Source: an archaeon (GTDB lineage Archaea > Asgardarchaeota > Thorarchaeia > Thorarchaeales > Thorarchaeaceae). Taken from it: DNA of 64,000 nucleotides. Within the stretch, counting starts at the first letter, position 1. Each line of letters begins with the position of its first letter. The stretch covers positions 32,001 through 96,000 of the forward strand of contig JAJRWI010000042.1 of NCBI GenBank assembly GCA_024276825.1, written 5' to 3'. This document shows positions 53,486 to 63,744 of the stretch, piece after piece. The position numbers and the translations under genes were made by a program. Under the pieces are notes generated by a model. That model was not told the origin of the DNA. It did not search any database and was given only the letters and a program-made list of their open reading frames with translations.

Positions 53486-54535
53486 TCACCCGTATTTGAT
53501 ACGTGGGTCAAGGACACCATATAGTAGGTCTGCAATGAAGTTCGCAAGAATAGCTGTGATTGCAATTATCATGAAGATGGCCTGCACCACAGGATAATCG
53601 AGAATAATCAAGCTGTCAAATATATATCGTCCAAGTCCGTACCACGTAAACACGGTCTCTGTCAGTGTTGCACCATTAATGATGAATCCAAATGTCATGG
53701 CAATGATTGTCACCATTGGCAGCATAGCATTCTTCAAGCCATGCTTGTAAAGCACTTGGTTCTCATCAAGTCCCTTGGCCCTTGCTGTCAGAATGTAGTC
53801 CTCTGTCATGACATCTATCAAGTTGTTTCGCATGTAAAGGAAGTATCCTCCATAACCACCAACGCCGAGAGTGATCATAGGCAGAAACAGATGGTGGAGG
53901 ATGTCTGCAGCCGCAATCAGGCCTCCAAGTGGATTGTTAGTGACCAGAGCAAAGTTGTCATAGTTAATAGTGCCAAACAGCGGGAAGCTGATCAGGCCAT
54001 TGGTTAATGCGGGCAGATAGAATGCGAATATCATCAGAAGCATCATTCCCAGCCAGAATATGGGTAATGAATAGATGAACAGCGCAAGCGTGACCGCACC
54101 GACATCTTTTCGAGACCCCGGTTCAGCCGCCACTCTGACCCCAGTCCAGATACCAATGATGATAGCAACAATTGAAGATGTGCCCATCAGCAAGAGCGTG
54201 TTTGGCAGGCGCTCCATGATCTCGTCGATTACTGGCTTCTGAGTCACAAATGAGATTCCAAAGTTGCCAGTGAACATATTCACGATATATCGCCAGAACA
54301 TGTATATCCAATCAAAAATGTCAGGCTCGGGCACCAGACCAAAACGCAAGTATAATTGCTCAAGAGCATCCCTTGTCAGGTTTCTTCTAAGCTCCTCACT
54401 AATCATCAGGTCAACTGGACTAACGCCGAGTATTAGGGTTGGAAGTCTGAAAAGGAAGAAGTTGAAACAGACAACGGCAACCACAAGCAAGAACATATAG
54501 ATGACTCGCCTGATAACGTACTCACGTAGTCCCAT
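53486..54535 (-). CDS. ABC peptide permease DppB/OppB-like
   Basis: RLPNTL, EDYILTARAKGL, TETVF..GLG, DYPVVQ, LDPRI. Confidence 0.95.
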   Translation of the reverse strand: MGLREYVIRRVIYMFLLVVAVVCFNFFLFRLPTLILGVSPVDLMISEELRRNLTRDALEQLYLRFGLVPEPDIFDWIYMFWRYIVNMFTGNFGISFVTQKPVIDEIMERLPNTLLLMGTSSIVAIIIGIWTGVRVAAEPGSRKDVGAVTLALFIYSLPIFWLGMMLLMIFAFYLPALTNGLISFPLFGTINYDNFALVTNNPLGGLIAAADILHHLFLPMITLGVGGYGGYFLYMRNNLIDVMTEDYILTARAKGLDENQVLYKHGLKNAMLPMVTIIAMTFGFIINGATLTETVFTWYGLGRYIFDSLIILDYPVVQAIFMIIAITAILANFIADLLYGVLDPRIKYG

Positions 54536-54755
54536 TTTTTTTCACCTAGCAGTTAATTGTCGATAATACATAGTCACACTAAGTATTGTTACACAGGGTT
54601 GATTGTTTTTATCTGGTTAATAAGATTGTTGTTCAAGGAGACTTAAACGAAAAATCGCAATCTTCAGAACTACTTCATGACCCATTAAAACTGGCCATTA
54701 CTTTTCATGATCATCTATATTGAAGTCCCAAATTAAAAAAAAAGTGATGACCATG

Positions 54756-54796
54756 TAATCAGCCCCTGGCCATGAACAAGGCCATGGAGCTGATTA
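54756..54796 (-). terminator. Hairpin after dppC-like copy 2
   Basis: TAATCAGC...GCTGATTA with inner TGGCC/GGCCA; T9 further downstream on minus strand. Confidence 0.6.
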
Positions 54797-54811
54797 AGGA
54801 GGTCAATTGAT

Positions 54812-56398
54812 TTATCGTTCTCTAAGACGTGGATTAAGAACTTGGTCTAATGTGTGTCCCACAAATGTGAAAGCTAATGACAGTAGTGTGATCATCAATC
54901 CTGGAAAGACGACGACCCACCATGCTCCATTGTAGAACCCGCCAGTGCCCTGTGCATCTGCTAGCATTCGTCCCCAACTGGGCTGAGAGGGGTCTGTCAA
55001 TCCAAGGAATGCCAGACCGGATTCCGAGAGGATTGCACCAACCACACCAAGCGTGATGTTAGCAAACAGAATGGGGGTCACATTTGGAAGCACGTGTCTC
55101 AAGATGATGTAAGTGTCAGAGGCTCCGATGGCCCGTGCCGATTCAACATAGGCCTTGTTTTTCTCAGCCATGACTTGGGACCGTACAATACGTGATGTCC
55201 CCGTCCACCCCAGTATCGCAATGACGACAATGATATTCTCAACCGACGGACCCAGAAACGCCGCCAAGACCATCATAAGCGGTAGTCCTGGAATGACAAG
55301 CAGAAAGTCAACAAGACGCATTAATATCTCATCAGTACGGCCGCCAAAGTATCCTGCCACAAGTCCCACAATGACACCCACAATAGTTGAGAGTGCTGTT
55401 GCAAGAATGCCAATATAAAGAGAAATTCGTGAGCCATAAACGAGCTGGCTCCATGCATCTGCACCCTTGTCGGTAGTGCCTAGGATGCCAAAGTATTCAC
55501 CATAAGCAATAAGACTGACTTCAGTGACCTGCACTGTCACAGAGCCAGTGTAAAAGTCTTCAGGGTGCGTATTGAGGTAGTTTCTGAAGTATCGGGTTGG
55601 AGCTAGACCGACAGCAACAGTCAGAGTGTCATCTGGGTCTTCTTGCACTCCATTCTCATCTTGGACCATTCCGCCAAACGCTTCGTTAACATCAAAGTAG
55701 TTAAGGTCGATTCGTCGGTCTTGCAAAGTTGGTGTGTAGGGCGCAGATGACTGATAGACTCTCCTCCAATTTCCTGAGGAGTCAATCAGCCACATGTAGA
55801 CCCTGAACATGATGCCTCCTGCTTCTTGTGTTGCAAAGTCGCCAGTGAGTGTGACTCCATATTCAAGTGTCATGTTGACATCGCTTGGGATATTATTGAA
55901 AGGCCATGTGAAGTTTCGTGTGAAATAGACAAAGTCCAGAGAATCGGGCAGGTTGCCTTCTATATCATATGGTGTTCGCCAGTACATGGGCTCTGCATTA
56001 TGAGTCCATGTGAGATTAACATAATTTCGCTCTCCTGCTTCTTCAGCAACAAAGTGCGAATAGCTAAATTCATCTTTGTTAGGGCCTTGAGTCACAAAGT
56101 TCGGTTCTTCATATAGGAATGGATCGGGATAATACTCATTTGTTATCACGCCCTGCGGGTCGAAGAATGCCATCCATTGCGGGGCTAAGAAATGGGGCGC
56201 AACTTTTGCAGTTGGGGAAGGATCATGGGTTGCTAGGAAGGGTGCTCCAATAGCCATTCCAATATATAGCCCAAGAATCGCAAGTCCCAGAATACCGATT
56301 TTATGCTTTCTGTATTCATGCCAGAATCCGGACAGACTGACATACAAGTTACTGTCTTTCCATCCACCTGTTTTCTTATCACTTTCATATTGGGACAA
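54812..56398 (-). CDS. ABC peptide permease DppC/OppC-like with large extracellular insert (copy 2)
   Basis: Paralogue of 51682-53256 with near-identical TM domain; GGAGG RBS, TTG start. Confidence 0.93.
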   Translation of the reverse strand: MSQYESDKKTGGWKDSNLYVSLSGFWHEYRKHKIGILGLAILGLYIGMAIGAPFLATHDPSPTAKVAPHFLAPQWMAFFDPQGVITNEYYPDPFLYEEPNFVTQGPNKDEFSYSHFVAEEAGERNYVNLTWTHNAEPMYWRTPYDIEGNLPDSLDFVYFTRNFTWPFNNIPSDVNMTLEYGVTLTGDFATQEAGGIMFRVYMWLIDSSGNWRRVYQSSAPYTPTLQDRRIDLNYFDVNEAFGGMVQDENGVQEDPDDTLTVAVGLAPTRYFRNYLNTHPEDFYTGSVTVQVTEVSLIAYGEYFGILGTTDKGADAWSQLVYGSRISLYIGILATALSTIVGVIVGLVAGYFGGRTDEILMRLVDFLLVIPGLPLMMVLAAFLGPSVENIIVVIAILGWTGTSRIVRSQVMAEKNKAYVESARAIGASDTYIILRHVLPNVTPILFANITLGVVGAILSESGLAFLGLTDPSQPSWGRMLADAQGTGGFYNGAWWVVVFPGLMITLLSLAFTFVGHTLDQVLNPRLRER

Positions 56399-56557
56399 TC
56401 AATAACCTCCTTATATTTCAGGACCGAAGTCTATGAAATTCTGTGGTCATCTACTTGTTCAAACCGACCAATGTCCGTTAAAAAGCTCTCTATTTGAGAA
56501 TATATAATTCGCCTAGTGCGCATATTATTGAAAGTCATTTAATCTTTAAAGGAAATA

Positions 56558-56878
56558 TTATTGTTCATTATCAGTGAGGGTGTCGACAAATGGATCCTCG
56601 ATTGAGTCTCCTGGCACCTCAGAGGGTTTCTCGCGCATTCGTTCTTCTCGCGCCTTGATTATCTCCTTTGTCCTCCTACTAGCAGCCCAGAGATCTGCAA
56701 ATACTACACCAACAAGAAACACTGTCAGTGCTCCAGCAAGAGAGATAATTGTCCCAATGAATCGCAAGGAGTCATTCAGTAGTGCAAGCCCATAACCCCC
56801 AAAGATTAAGATAAATGGGATGAGAAGAATCCGTTTGCGGGGTTCCTTACGAGTTTCAGGGAATGCACGAACTGTCAT
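56558..56878 (-). CDS. Small two-TM membrane protein
   Basis: Two hydrophobic segments, charged tail. Confidence 0.65.
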   Translation of the reverse strand: MTVRAFPETRKEPRKRILLIPFILIFGGYGLALLNDSLRFIGTIISLAGALTVFLVGVVFADLWAASRRTKEIIKAREERMREKPSEVPGDSIEDPFVDTLTDNEQ

Positions 56879-57141
56879 TTCTAATCAAATATATGACGAA
56901 TTAGTTCCTTTTACCGTTTTCGAATAGGGAAGACAACAAACTGGTTTTATAGAGATATTGTAATTATTCAATAAATATTACAGGATGATAAGGAATAGGT
57001 TTAATGTTTTCTAATTTGTGGCCCAAAACTCTTAGAAAGCAACATATATATGGGCGGCACAGAACCCCCCACACATTAATGGGATATAGAATTTCATAAT
57101 AATCCCGTGATAATAATCATATTCCATATGGAGCGAGAAGA

Positions 57142-58131
57142 ATGAACCTGCTTGACATTCGGAGCCTAAGGATGTATTACCAGACTCAGAAGGGCTTGGT
57201 CAAAGCTGTGGACAATGTTTCGCTGACATTAGACGCTGGCGAGTCAATCGGACTTGCAGGTGAATCGGGTTGCGGAAAATCAAGCCTTGCATATTCGATC
57301 ATGCAGCTACTTCCACCCGCGGCAAATATTGTTGGCGGAAACATTTACTTCAAGGGTGAAGACCTACTTAGAAAGACAGCAAAGGAAATGCGAGATATTC
57401 GCTGGAAGAATGTCGCAATCGTCTTTCAAGGTGCAATGAATGCTCTGAACCCAGTCTTTGAGATTGGAGAGCAGATTGCAGAGGCCATTCTGATGCATGA
57501 AAACGTGACTGAAGAAGAAGCTCTTGACAGATGTGCCAAGCTGTTTGAGATGGTCGGTCTGGACCCGGGACGAATTCACAACTATCCACATGAATTCAGT
57601 GGAGGAATGCGACAGAGGGCCATGATTGCTATGGCATTAGCGTGCAATCCTGACCTAGTGATCGCAGACGAGCCAACAACAGCACTTGATGTCACAATCC
57701 AGGCTCAGATTCTCAGGCTTATGCAAAAATTGCAGAAAGACCTTGGCCTTTCACTGATATTGATCACTCATGACTTGAGTGTTATTGCAGAAACCTGTGA
57801 TAAGGTCGCTATCATGTATGCAGGAAGAATTGCAGAACTTGCTGATGTGGTTTCAGTATTCAAAGACCCAGTGCACCCATATGCTACTGGTCTTGTCGGT
57901 GCAATTCCAAGCATGGTGAAAGCAGAACACAAGACGCTCACTTCAATTCCTGGTTCGCCACCTGATCTGATTAATCCCCCAACCGGATGTAGATTCCATC
58001 CAAGATGTCCCTATGCACAAGACATTTGTTCTCGTGAGGAACCTATGATGGAAGAGATAGAACCCGGAAGATTTGTAGCATGTCATTTTGCCGAACAACT
58101 GAGAGGCAAGATTCACGTAGATTTGGAATAG
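57142..58131 (+). CDS. ABC peptide transporter ATP-binding protein DppD/OppD-like
   Basis: [38 protein letters not shown]. Confidence 0.95.
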   Translation: MNLLDIRSLRMYYQTQKGLVKAVDNVSLTLDAGESIGLAGESGCGKSSLAYSIMQLLPPAANIVGGNIYFKGEDLLRKTAKEMRDIRWKNVAIVFQGAMNALNPVFEIGEQIAEAILMHENVTEEEALDRCAKLFEMVGLDPGRIHNYPHEFSGGMRQRAMIAMALACNPDLVIADEPTTALDVTIQAQILRLMQKLQKDLGLSLILITHDLSVIAETCDKVAIMYAGRIAELADVVSVFKDPVHPYATGLVGAIPSMVKAEHKTLTSIPGSPPDLINPPTGCRFHPRCPYAQDICSREEPMMEEIEPGRFVACHFAEQLRGKIHVDLE

Positions 58132-58143
58132 GAGGCTGAAATA

Positions 58144-59199
58144 ATGGCATTAAGAGAATCAATATTTGCGGATGTATCATCTAGTATTAGTGAAGGCGAG
58201 CCTCTTGTCAGGGTCAGAAACCTTAGAAAGTGGTTCCCTGTAAACACCGGATTTCTTTCTTCATTGCTTTATAAGCAAGAGCTTTTCGTCAAGGCTATTG
58301 ATGGCATTAGCTTTGACATTAGAAAAGGAGAAGTCCTAGTAATTGCAGGTGAGTCAGGCTGTGGAAAGACTACAACAGGTCGATGCGTTCTATACCTTGA
58401 GAAACCCACCGATGGCTCAATATTTTATGGAGATATTGACCTTTCACAACTTGACAGGAACGAGATGAAAGAACTGCGAAAGAGAATGCAGATCACTTTT
58501 CAGGACCCTTACGAGTCACTCAATCCAAAGCAGAGTATCTTTAGCATAGTTGCAGAACCACTCAATGTCCACAAGATTCCACTCACACCAAGTCAGAAGA
58601 GAGAGAGAGTACTTGAAGCACTCGAGAGTGTGGCTCTTACACCCGCAACCGACTATATCGATAGATACCCACACGAGCTTAGTGGTGGTCAGAGACAAAG
58701 AATTTCAATTGCCAGAGCACTGATACTGCATCCAGAATTTATGGTTGCAGATGAGCCCGTGTCAATGCTCGATGTGTCAATTCGTGCAGAGATCTTGAAT
58801 CTTCTCTTGAAACTTAGAGAGGAACTTGGCCTCACCTATCTGTTTATTACTCATGACCTTGCAGTTGCAACTTACATTGCTGACAGAATCGGAATTATGT
58901 ACCTTGGCAAGATCATGGAGATGGGACCATCGCATGATGTGGCATTCAGTCCCTTCCACCCATACACAAGAGCGTTGATCTCAGCAGTCCCATCAGGAGA
59001 CCCAACTGTGAAGAAGCGTGTTGAGTCCCTGAAGGGCGAACCGCCAAGCCCAATTAATGTGCCTTCTGGATGCAGGTTCCACCCACGTTGCCCATATGCC
59101 CAAGAGATTTGTGTGAGGGAGATCCCAGAAGACAGAGATATGGGTAATGACCACTTTGTGGCATGCCACTTTGCCGGTGAGCTGCCAGAGATAGAGTAA
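58144..59199 (+). CDS. ABC peptide transporter ATP-binding protein DppF/OppF-like
   Basis: [37 protein letters not shown]. Confidence 0.95.
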   Translation: MALRESIFADVSSSISEGEPLVRVRNLRKWFPVNTGFLSSLLYKQELFVKAIDGISFDIRKGEVLVIAGESGCGKTTTGRCVLYLEKPTDGSIFYGDIDLSQLDRNEMKELRKRMQITFQDPYESLNPKQSIFSIVAEPLNVHKIPLTPSQKRERVLEALESVALTPATDYIDRYPHELSGGQRQRISIARALILHPEFMVADEPVSMLDVSIRAEILNLLLKLREELGLTYLFITHDLAVATYIADRIGIMYLGKIMEMGPSHDVAFSPFHPYTRALISAVPSGDPTVKKRVESLKGEPPSPINVPSGCRFHPRCPYAQEICVREIPEDRDMGNDHFVACHFAGELPEIE

Positions 59200-59271
59200 T
59201 AGTACTTCGGAGTTGACAGCATTTATTGCTGTCCTCCTATACTTATTTTATGAACAAATTTCAGGAGTCAA

Positions 59272-59712
59272 ATGATGTCAGGAAACAATGATAGACCGAG
59301 AGTATTAAGAGCAATCAAGAAGTGTCTGTCCAATGCATTTGCCCATCTTGAGGATGCGATGGACGCGCTGGACGAGATTGGCAGAGGTTCGTTTGGAGCG
59401 GGCATGACACCATTGATAGGGGGCTATGCAATGAAAGATCCAAAGAGTTTCTATCGGACTGCCCTGATAAGTATCGACTCTATGGAAAAGGCTCTACGTC
59501 CTTTGGCAATCAGGGTTCGTGATGGCAGAGTGAATGAGAGTCATTTTACCGATGAGAGAGCACTCGTCATACTCATGGACATTATTGAAACTGACTATGA
59601 TTACATGATAATAAGGCTTTCAAAAGAATTGGGTCGTGATTCAACATGGTACAAGCTGCGCGAGATCCGGACCAAGATCAAAGAAGTATTAGAGATGGTA
59701 GCTGAAGAATAA
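59272..59712 (+). CDS. Hypothetical helical protein
   Basis: 146-aa ORF with AGGAG RBS. Confidence 0.7.
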   Translation: MMSGNNDRPRVLRAIKKCLSNAFAHLEDAMDALDEIGRGSFGAGMTPLIGGYAMKDPKSFYRTALISIDSMEKALRPLAIRVRDGRVNESHFTDERALVILMDIIETDYDYMIIRLSKELGRDSTWYKLREIRTKIKEVLEMVAEE

Positions 59713-59931
59713 AAATACAAAATGATAGATTATTCTATATAATATAATGTTATCATGCAATATGTTTTAATATAGCATAAGCGCTATGTGATGATGCGTA
59801 ATAAAACCACAATGGCAAAGGTATAAATGGGACATTACAAGACTTCGTAGTTAAGTAGATGATAAATAGAAAATGTGGTTTATGGTCATATAATACAGGG
59901 ATGAATTGCAAACAAATGAAACGACTCGGAA

Positions 59932-60846
59932 GTGAATTTGATGTTAGAGTTACTGGCCAACCGCGCTTTGTCTGGACTGATTGTAATGGGTCTATTGGCG
60001 ACCCTTGCTTACAAAGCCGGTTTTGTTGATATTTCGGGTCTCGTTAGTGCCTTTGCCATTGGCTTTCTTGTCTGGTATACAGGAGGTCCAGCAGCTTTTA
60101 GTCTCCTATTGTTCTTCTTTCTAAGTTCAGGTATTGCCACCAAGTTCAAGTACAAGGCAAAAGCAAAGCGTGGACTGGCTCAGGAAGGTAAAGGCAGAAG
60201 ATCATGGAAGAATGTCATTGGCAGCGGAATAATACCGTTGCTCTTCTCGATAGCAATCTACATCGCCCCCACACAGGACATTCAATATTGGATGTTCGGG
60301 GGTTTTATTGGAGCTGTGGCCACAACCTCTGCTGATACATTGGCCAGTGAGATTGGAGTGTTCAGTAAGAGAAAACCCAGACTGATAACTCATCTTCGAA
60401 GAAAGGTCCCCAGAGGAACAATTGGGGCAGTTTCACTTCTTGGTGAGGGTGTTGCAGTTCTTGCAGGTGTCGTCATCGGAACCATTGCTCTTGCTTTTGC
60501 ATTCCTAGCACCTGCTACGGTTCCTATTGCCACATCACAACAGTTGTTATTCATCATGCCCCTATCAGTCTTGACTGCCTTCATAGGCTGCAATCTAGAC
60601 AGTCTTTTAGGAGCAGTGTTTCAGAACAGATTTGTCTGTGAGATCTGCGGTGCAATTACAGATAAAGAGTTTCATTGTGATTATGAAACCAAATACATAG
60701 GCGGCTTCAAACGATTCACAAACATGCATGTGAACCTTGGCTCGTCAGGAATGGGTGCAACCATGGGTGTGATTCTTGGAGCAGGACTGTTTGTTTGGAT
60801 CTTGGGTGGTCTGTTCTTCTGGATGTTAGCCTCTTCGAGCAGTTAG
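59932..60846 (+). CDS. DUF92 (TMEM19-like) membrane protein
   Basis: RSWKNV, ADTLASEIG, PRLIT...VPRGT.GAVS..G, DSLLGA.FQ, N..VN. Confidence 0.92.
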   Translation: MNLMLELLANRALSGLIVMGLLATLAYKAGFVDISGLVSAFAIGFLVWYTGGPAAFSLLLFFFLSSGIATKFKYKAKAKRGLAQEGKGRRSWKNVIGSGIIPLLFSIAIYIAPTQDIQYWMFGGFIGAVATTSADTLASEIGVFSKRKPRLITHLRRKVPRGTIGAVSLLGEGVAVLAGVVIGTIALAFAFLAPATVPIATSQQLLFIMPLSVLTAFIGCNLDSLLGAVFQNRFVCEICGAITDKEFHCDYETKYIGGFKRFTNMHVNLGSSGMGATMGVILGAGLFVWILGGLFFWMLASSSS

Positions 60847-60923
60847 TAGTTTATTTTTAGAAACAATTAAATAGTTCGCGATATTCAATGCACGAATTAC
60901 TACAATTACTGAAGGTAGCAAAA

Positions 60924-61730
60924 ATGGGTATTCGAGCGCAATCAAAGACTTTTACTTGGGCGTTAACAGGAATCTTTGCTGCTGTCCATTTCGTGCTGAC
61001 AATTTTCCCCTACACTGTCGGTGTGGGAGGTGGAGGAGCATATATCTCACTTGGACTGCTATCAGGTCCAATAATAGGATTAATTCTTGGCCCCGTGTTT
61101 GGCCCCATCGCTGTGTTTATGGGCGGACTGCTTGGGGCTGCGGTAAACCCCGGAAGCGCGATTCTTGGACTACTTACACCCATACCTGCAACCGTTGCAG
61201 CACTTATCACAGGCTCTTTGAGGACCAAGAGGACATACATCACACCAATAATTCTGGCACTTGGGATAATGGCATTTCTAACAACACCAGTTGGTAGATT
61301 CATTCCCAGTTATGCATGGATGCATGATCTAGCGCTCCTACTATCATTCATCCTCTTTATCCCAATAATGACAAAAGCGCTGAACTATGAGGGCGACAGA
61401 AAGTCTCTTGCAAGAGTTTCTACAATATCAGTTGCCTTGTTCATTGCAGCATTTGCAGCAATCATGGCAGATCACATCATTGGATCGTTCATAGGAGTAT
61501 ACTATTTTCAGATGGTATATGGATTCCAACCAGATTCTCTCATTGTGATCTTTGGTTTCGTCATGACTGTATATCCACTAGAACGAATAGTGGCAATTAT
61601 TGTTACCACTATCGTCTTGGTATCACTAGATGTTGTTCTATCTGCCACCAACTTCATACTGCCCACATCAACAGCATTCTCAGAAGGAGTGCAAGAACTC
61701 GAAGAGAATGATGAAGCATCAGAAGGTTGA
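60924..61730 (+). CDS. ECF transporter S-component-like membrane protein
   Basis: IFAAV, PIIGLILGPVFG, DH.IG, YPLER; multiple TM. Confidence 0.7.
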   Translation: MGIRAQSKTFTWALTGIFAAVHFVLTIFPYTVGVGGGGAYISLGLLSGPIIGLILGPVFGPIAVFMGGLLGAAVNPGSAILGLLTPIPATVAALITGSLRTKRTYITPIILALGIMAFLTTPVGRFIPSYAWMHDLALLLSFILFIPIMTKALNYEGDRKSLARVSTISVALFIAAFAAIMADHIIGSFIGVYYFQMVYGFQPDSLIVIFGFVMTVYPLERIVAIIVTTIVLVSLDVVLSATNFILPTSTAFSEGVQELEENDEASEG

Positions 61731-61743
61731 GTTTAATAAGACT

Positions 61744-61780
61744 GAGAATTGCACCATATTCTGGGGCAATTCTCTTTTTT
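61744..61780 (+). terminator. Intrinsic-type terminator
   Basis: GAGAATTGC...GCAATTCTC followed by T tract. Confidence 0.7.
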
Positions 61781-61843
61781 ATCGCCAGCTATTGCGTGAA
61801 ATGTATCGAATTGGGACTGGCCTGGTGAGAACCAGTTGTCAGT

Positions 61844-62017
61844 GTTGCGCGTGGATACGAAAAACCCGGATAGAGTTGAACACTCGTAAATTAAAGATAT
61901 AATTAATTGTCCAAAATCATACAATCTAGATAGATTTCATACAAGACTCACTTTTGAAATATGTCCAATGCCGCTTTCCTGGCGTGCAGAACTCAGAGGT
62001 CCAGACTATTCCATTTA
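61844..62017 (+). repeat. Dispersed ~175-bp element, copy C (more diverged)
   Basis: GTTGCGCGTGGAT...AGAGTTGAACAC...AAATATGTCCAATGCCG...CAGAACTCAGAGGTCCA...CCATTTA. Confidence 0.6.
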
Positions 62018-62147
62018 AAATTAACAGTTCAAACACTTATTCTTAGACGAAACTTCATATACATTTGATACAAGAATATCCGTGAGGTGGAAGGTTCCAC
62101 CCGCTAAACAACTTTCAAGAAGTATTAAAGGAAGGAGCAAAAAGAAC

Positions 62148-62981
62148 TTGCAACTATTGGATTTTGGTACGTGGACCCTGATTTTCCTTGGTGGCTTTTT
62201 CATCCTCATGTTTATCGCCAGTGGAATCAGGGTGCTTAAAGAATGGGAACGCGTGGCTATTCTTAGACTCGGTAAATTCAAACATATTGCGGGACCAGGG
62301 ATAATCTGGGTCACTCCATTGATCGACAGGGTCGCAATGAAAGTGTCTCTCCGTCTTCTTACCTACGCCTTCAAGACCGAACGATCTCTCACAAAAGACA
62401 ATGTTCCTGTGGTTGTTGATGCGGTCATGTATTTCAGAGTCATTGACGTTGAAAAGGCTATCCTCAGCGTTGAACGTTATACAACCGCTGTCGAACTCGC
62501 TGCTCAGACAACCCTCAGAGAAACCATCGGTAAGGTTACTCTAGATGATCTTCTATCTGAGAGAGACCAGATTGCAGGCCATTTGCAGGAACTCATTGAT
62601 GAGAAGACAGAACATTGGGGCGTCAAGGTTTCGAGTGTAGAGATCAGAGATGTTGTGATTCCATCGCAATTGCAAGATGCAATGAGTCGTGAGGCACAGG
62701 CCGAGAGAGAACGGAGAGCGAGGGTGACATTGGCACAAGCGGAGCTAGAGGCGGCAGAGAACATGTTGAAGGCGGCCCACAGGTATGAGGAATCGGAAGT
62801 AGGGTTTGTGCTGAGAATTTGGAATGTGTTGCAAGAGATCAGCAAGAACGCAAACCTAATAATCATGGTGCCAACGAACGTACCACATGTGGGCATTTCA
62901 GCAGCAACAGCGGCAGCATTATCTGCAGGAACGGGAGGATTGAAGCTCCCACCAGATAAAGGAACCACAAGGCAGAGATAG
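62148..62981 (+). CDS. SPFH / slipin (band 7) protein
   Basis: EWERVAILRLG, GPG, TKDNVPV.VDAV, QTTLR, WGVKV, AEREPRA-like AERERRA; TTG start after AAGGAG. Confidence 0.93.
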   Translation: MQLLDFGTWTLIFLGGFFILMFIASGIRVLKEWERVAILRLGKFKHIAGPGIIWVTPLIDRVAMKVSLRLLTYAFKTERSLTKDNVPVVVDAVMYFRVIDVEKAILSVERYTTAVELAAQTTLRETIGKVTLDDLLSERDQIAGHLQELIDEKTEHWGVKVSSVEIRDVVIPSQLQDAMSREAQAERERRARVTLAQAELEAAENMLKAAHRYEESEVGFVLRIWNVLQEISKNANLIIMVPTNVPHVGISAATAAALSAGTGGLKLPPDKGTTRQR

Positions 62982-63019
62982 AGGGCGGAGCGACCTGGAC
63001 GACAGGGAGGAGATAGGAA

Positions 63020-63715
63020 TTGGATGCATGGATAAAGATCCTACTTGTGATGTTCATGATGTCAGCTCTAAGTATAGTAATTGGGTACATGTTGTTTGAC
63101 CCGTTCATAGGGCTGATACTACTGGGAGTCATTCTCACTCTCATGGTGGTGACCGTTGAGCCTGCCACAGGAAAGGCCATGGTACAGGTTGTCATACCTC
63201 TAGTGATTCTGCTGTTCCTCTTTGAGATCATGTTAAACCCAGCATTCACATTTGATGCTTGGATGTTGTTGGTAGTAGGTATAGTTCTATACCTGATGTT
63301 CACCATGTTCACAGGAGGAGGAGCAATAGGTGGTTCGTTAATTGACGCCAAGGTGGCCCTAAAGCTGTTTCCAATCTACGGCCTGATGATATTCATCTCA
63401 ATGTGGATTGACCCAACATTTAGAACCACGGTTTACATCATGGTGGGTTCCGTGGGTCTCCTAATGGCCATATATATGGTCTTTCTGAGAGGATATGACA
63501 AGTGGCCTCGGTATCAATATGGAGCAGCACAAAGCGCTATCGCAATCACAGACATTGACCCAAAAGGGAAGGTTCGTGTAGGCGCCGAAATCTGGTGGGC
63601 AAAGATCATGCCGAACACACCACCAATCCGTGAGGGTGAGGAAGTGGCAATCCTTGGGATGAAGGGCATGACAATGATAGTTGCCCGAGAGGCTCCCGCT
63701 TCGGAGATTGTCTGA
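63020..63715 (+). CDS. NfeD-family membrane protein (no protease domain)
   Basis: Multiple TM plus OB-fold GKVRVGAEIWWA...I.EGEEV.I....G..M.V; next to slipin. Confidence 0.85.
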   Translation: MDAWIKILLVMFMMSALSIVIGYMLFDPFIGLILLGVILTLMVVTVEPATGKAMVQVVIPLVILLFLFEIMLNPAFTFDAWMLLVVGIVLYLMFTMFTGGGAIGGSLIDAKVALKLFPIYGLMIFISMWIDPTFRTTVYIMVGSVGLLMAIYMVFLRGYDKWPRYQYGAAQSAIAITDIDPKGKVRVGAEIWWAKIMPNTPPIREGEEVAILGMKGMTMIVAREAPASEIV

Positions 63716-63723
63716 TCAAACAG

Positions 63724-63744
63724 GAGAGGGGTCAATTCCCTCTC
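63724..63744. terminator. Hairpin between convergent genes
   Basis: GAGAGGG-GTCAATT-CCCTCTC. Confidence 0.55.

Noticed and set aside
60620-60700. CEIC...HC insert in DUF92
   Set aside because: A common feature of prokaryotic DUF92 proteins.
62148-63715. Slipin-NfeD pair as a novel system
   Set aside because: A well-known, widespread gene pair.
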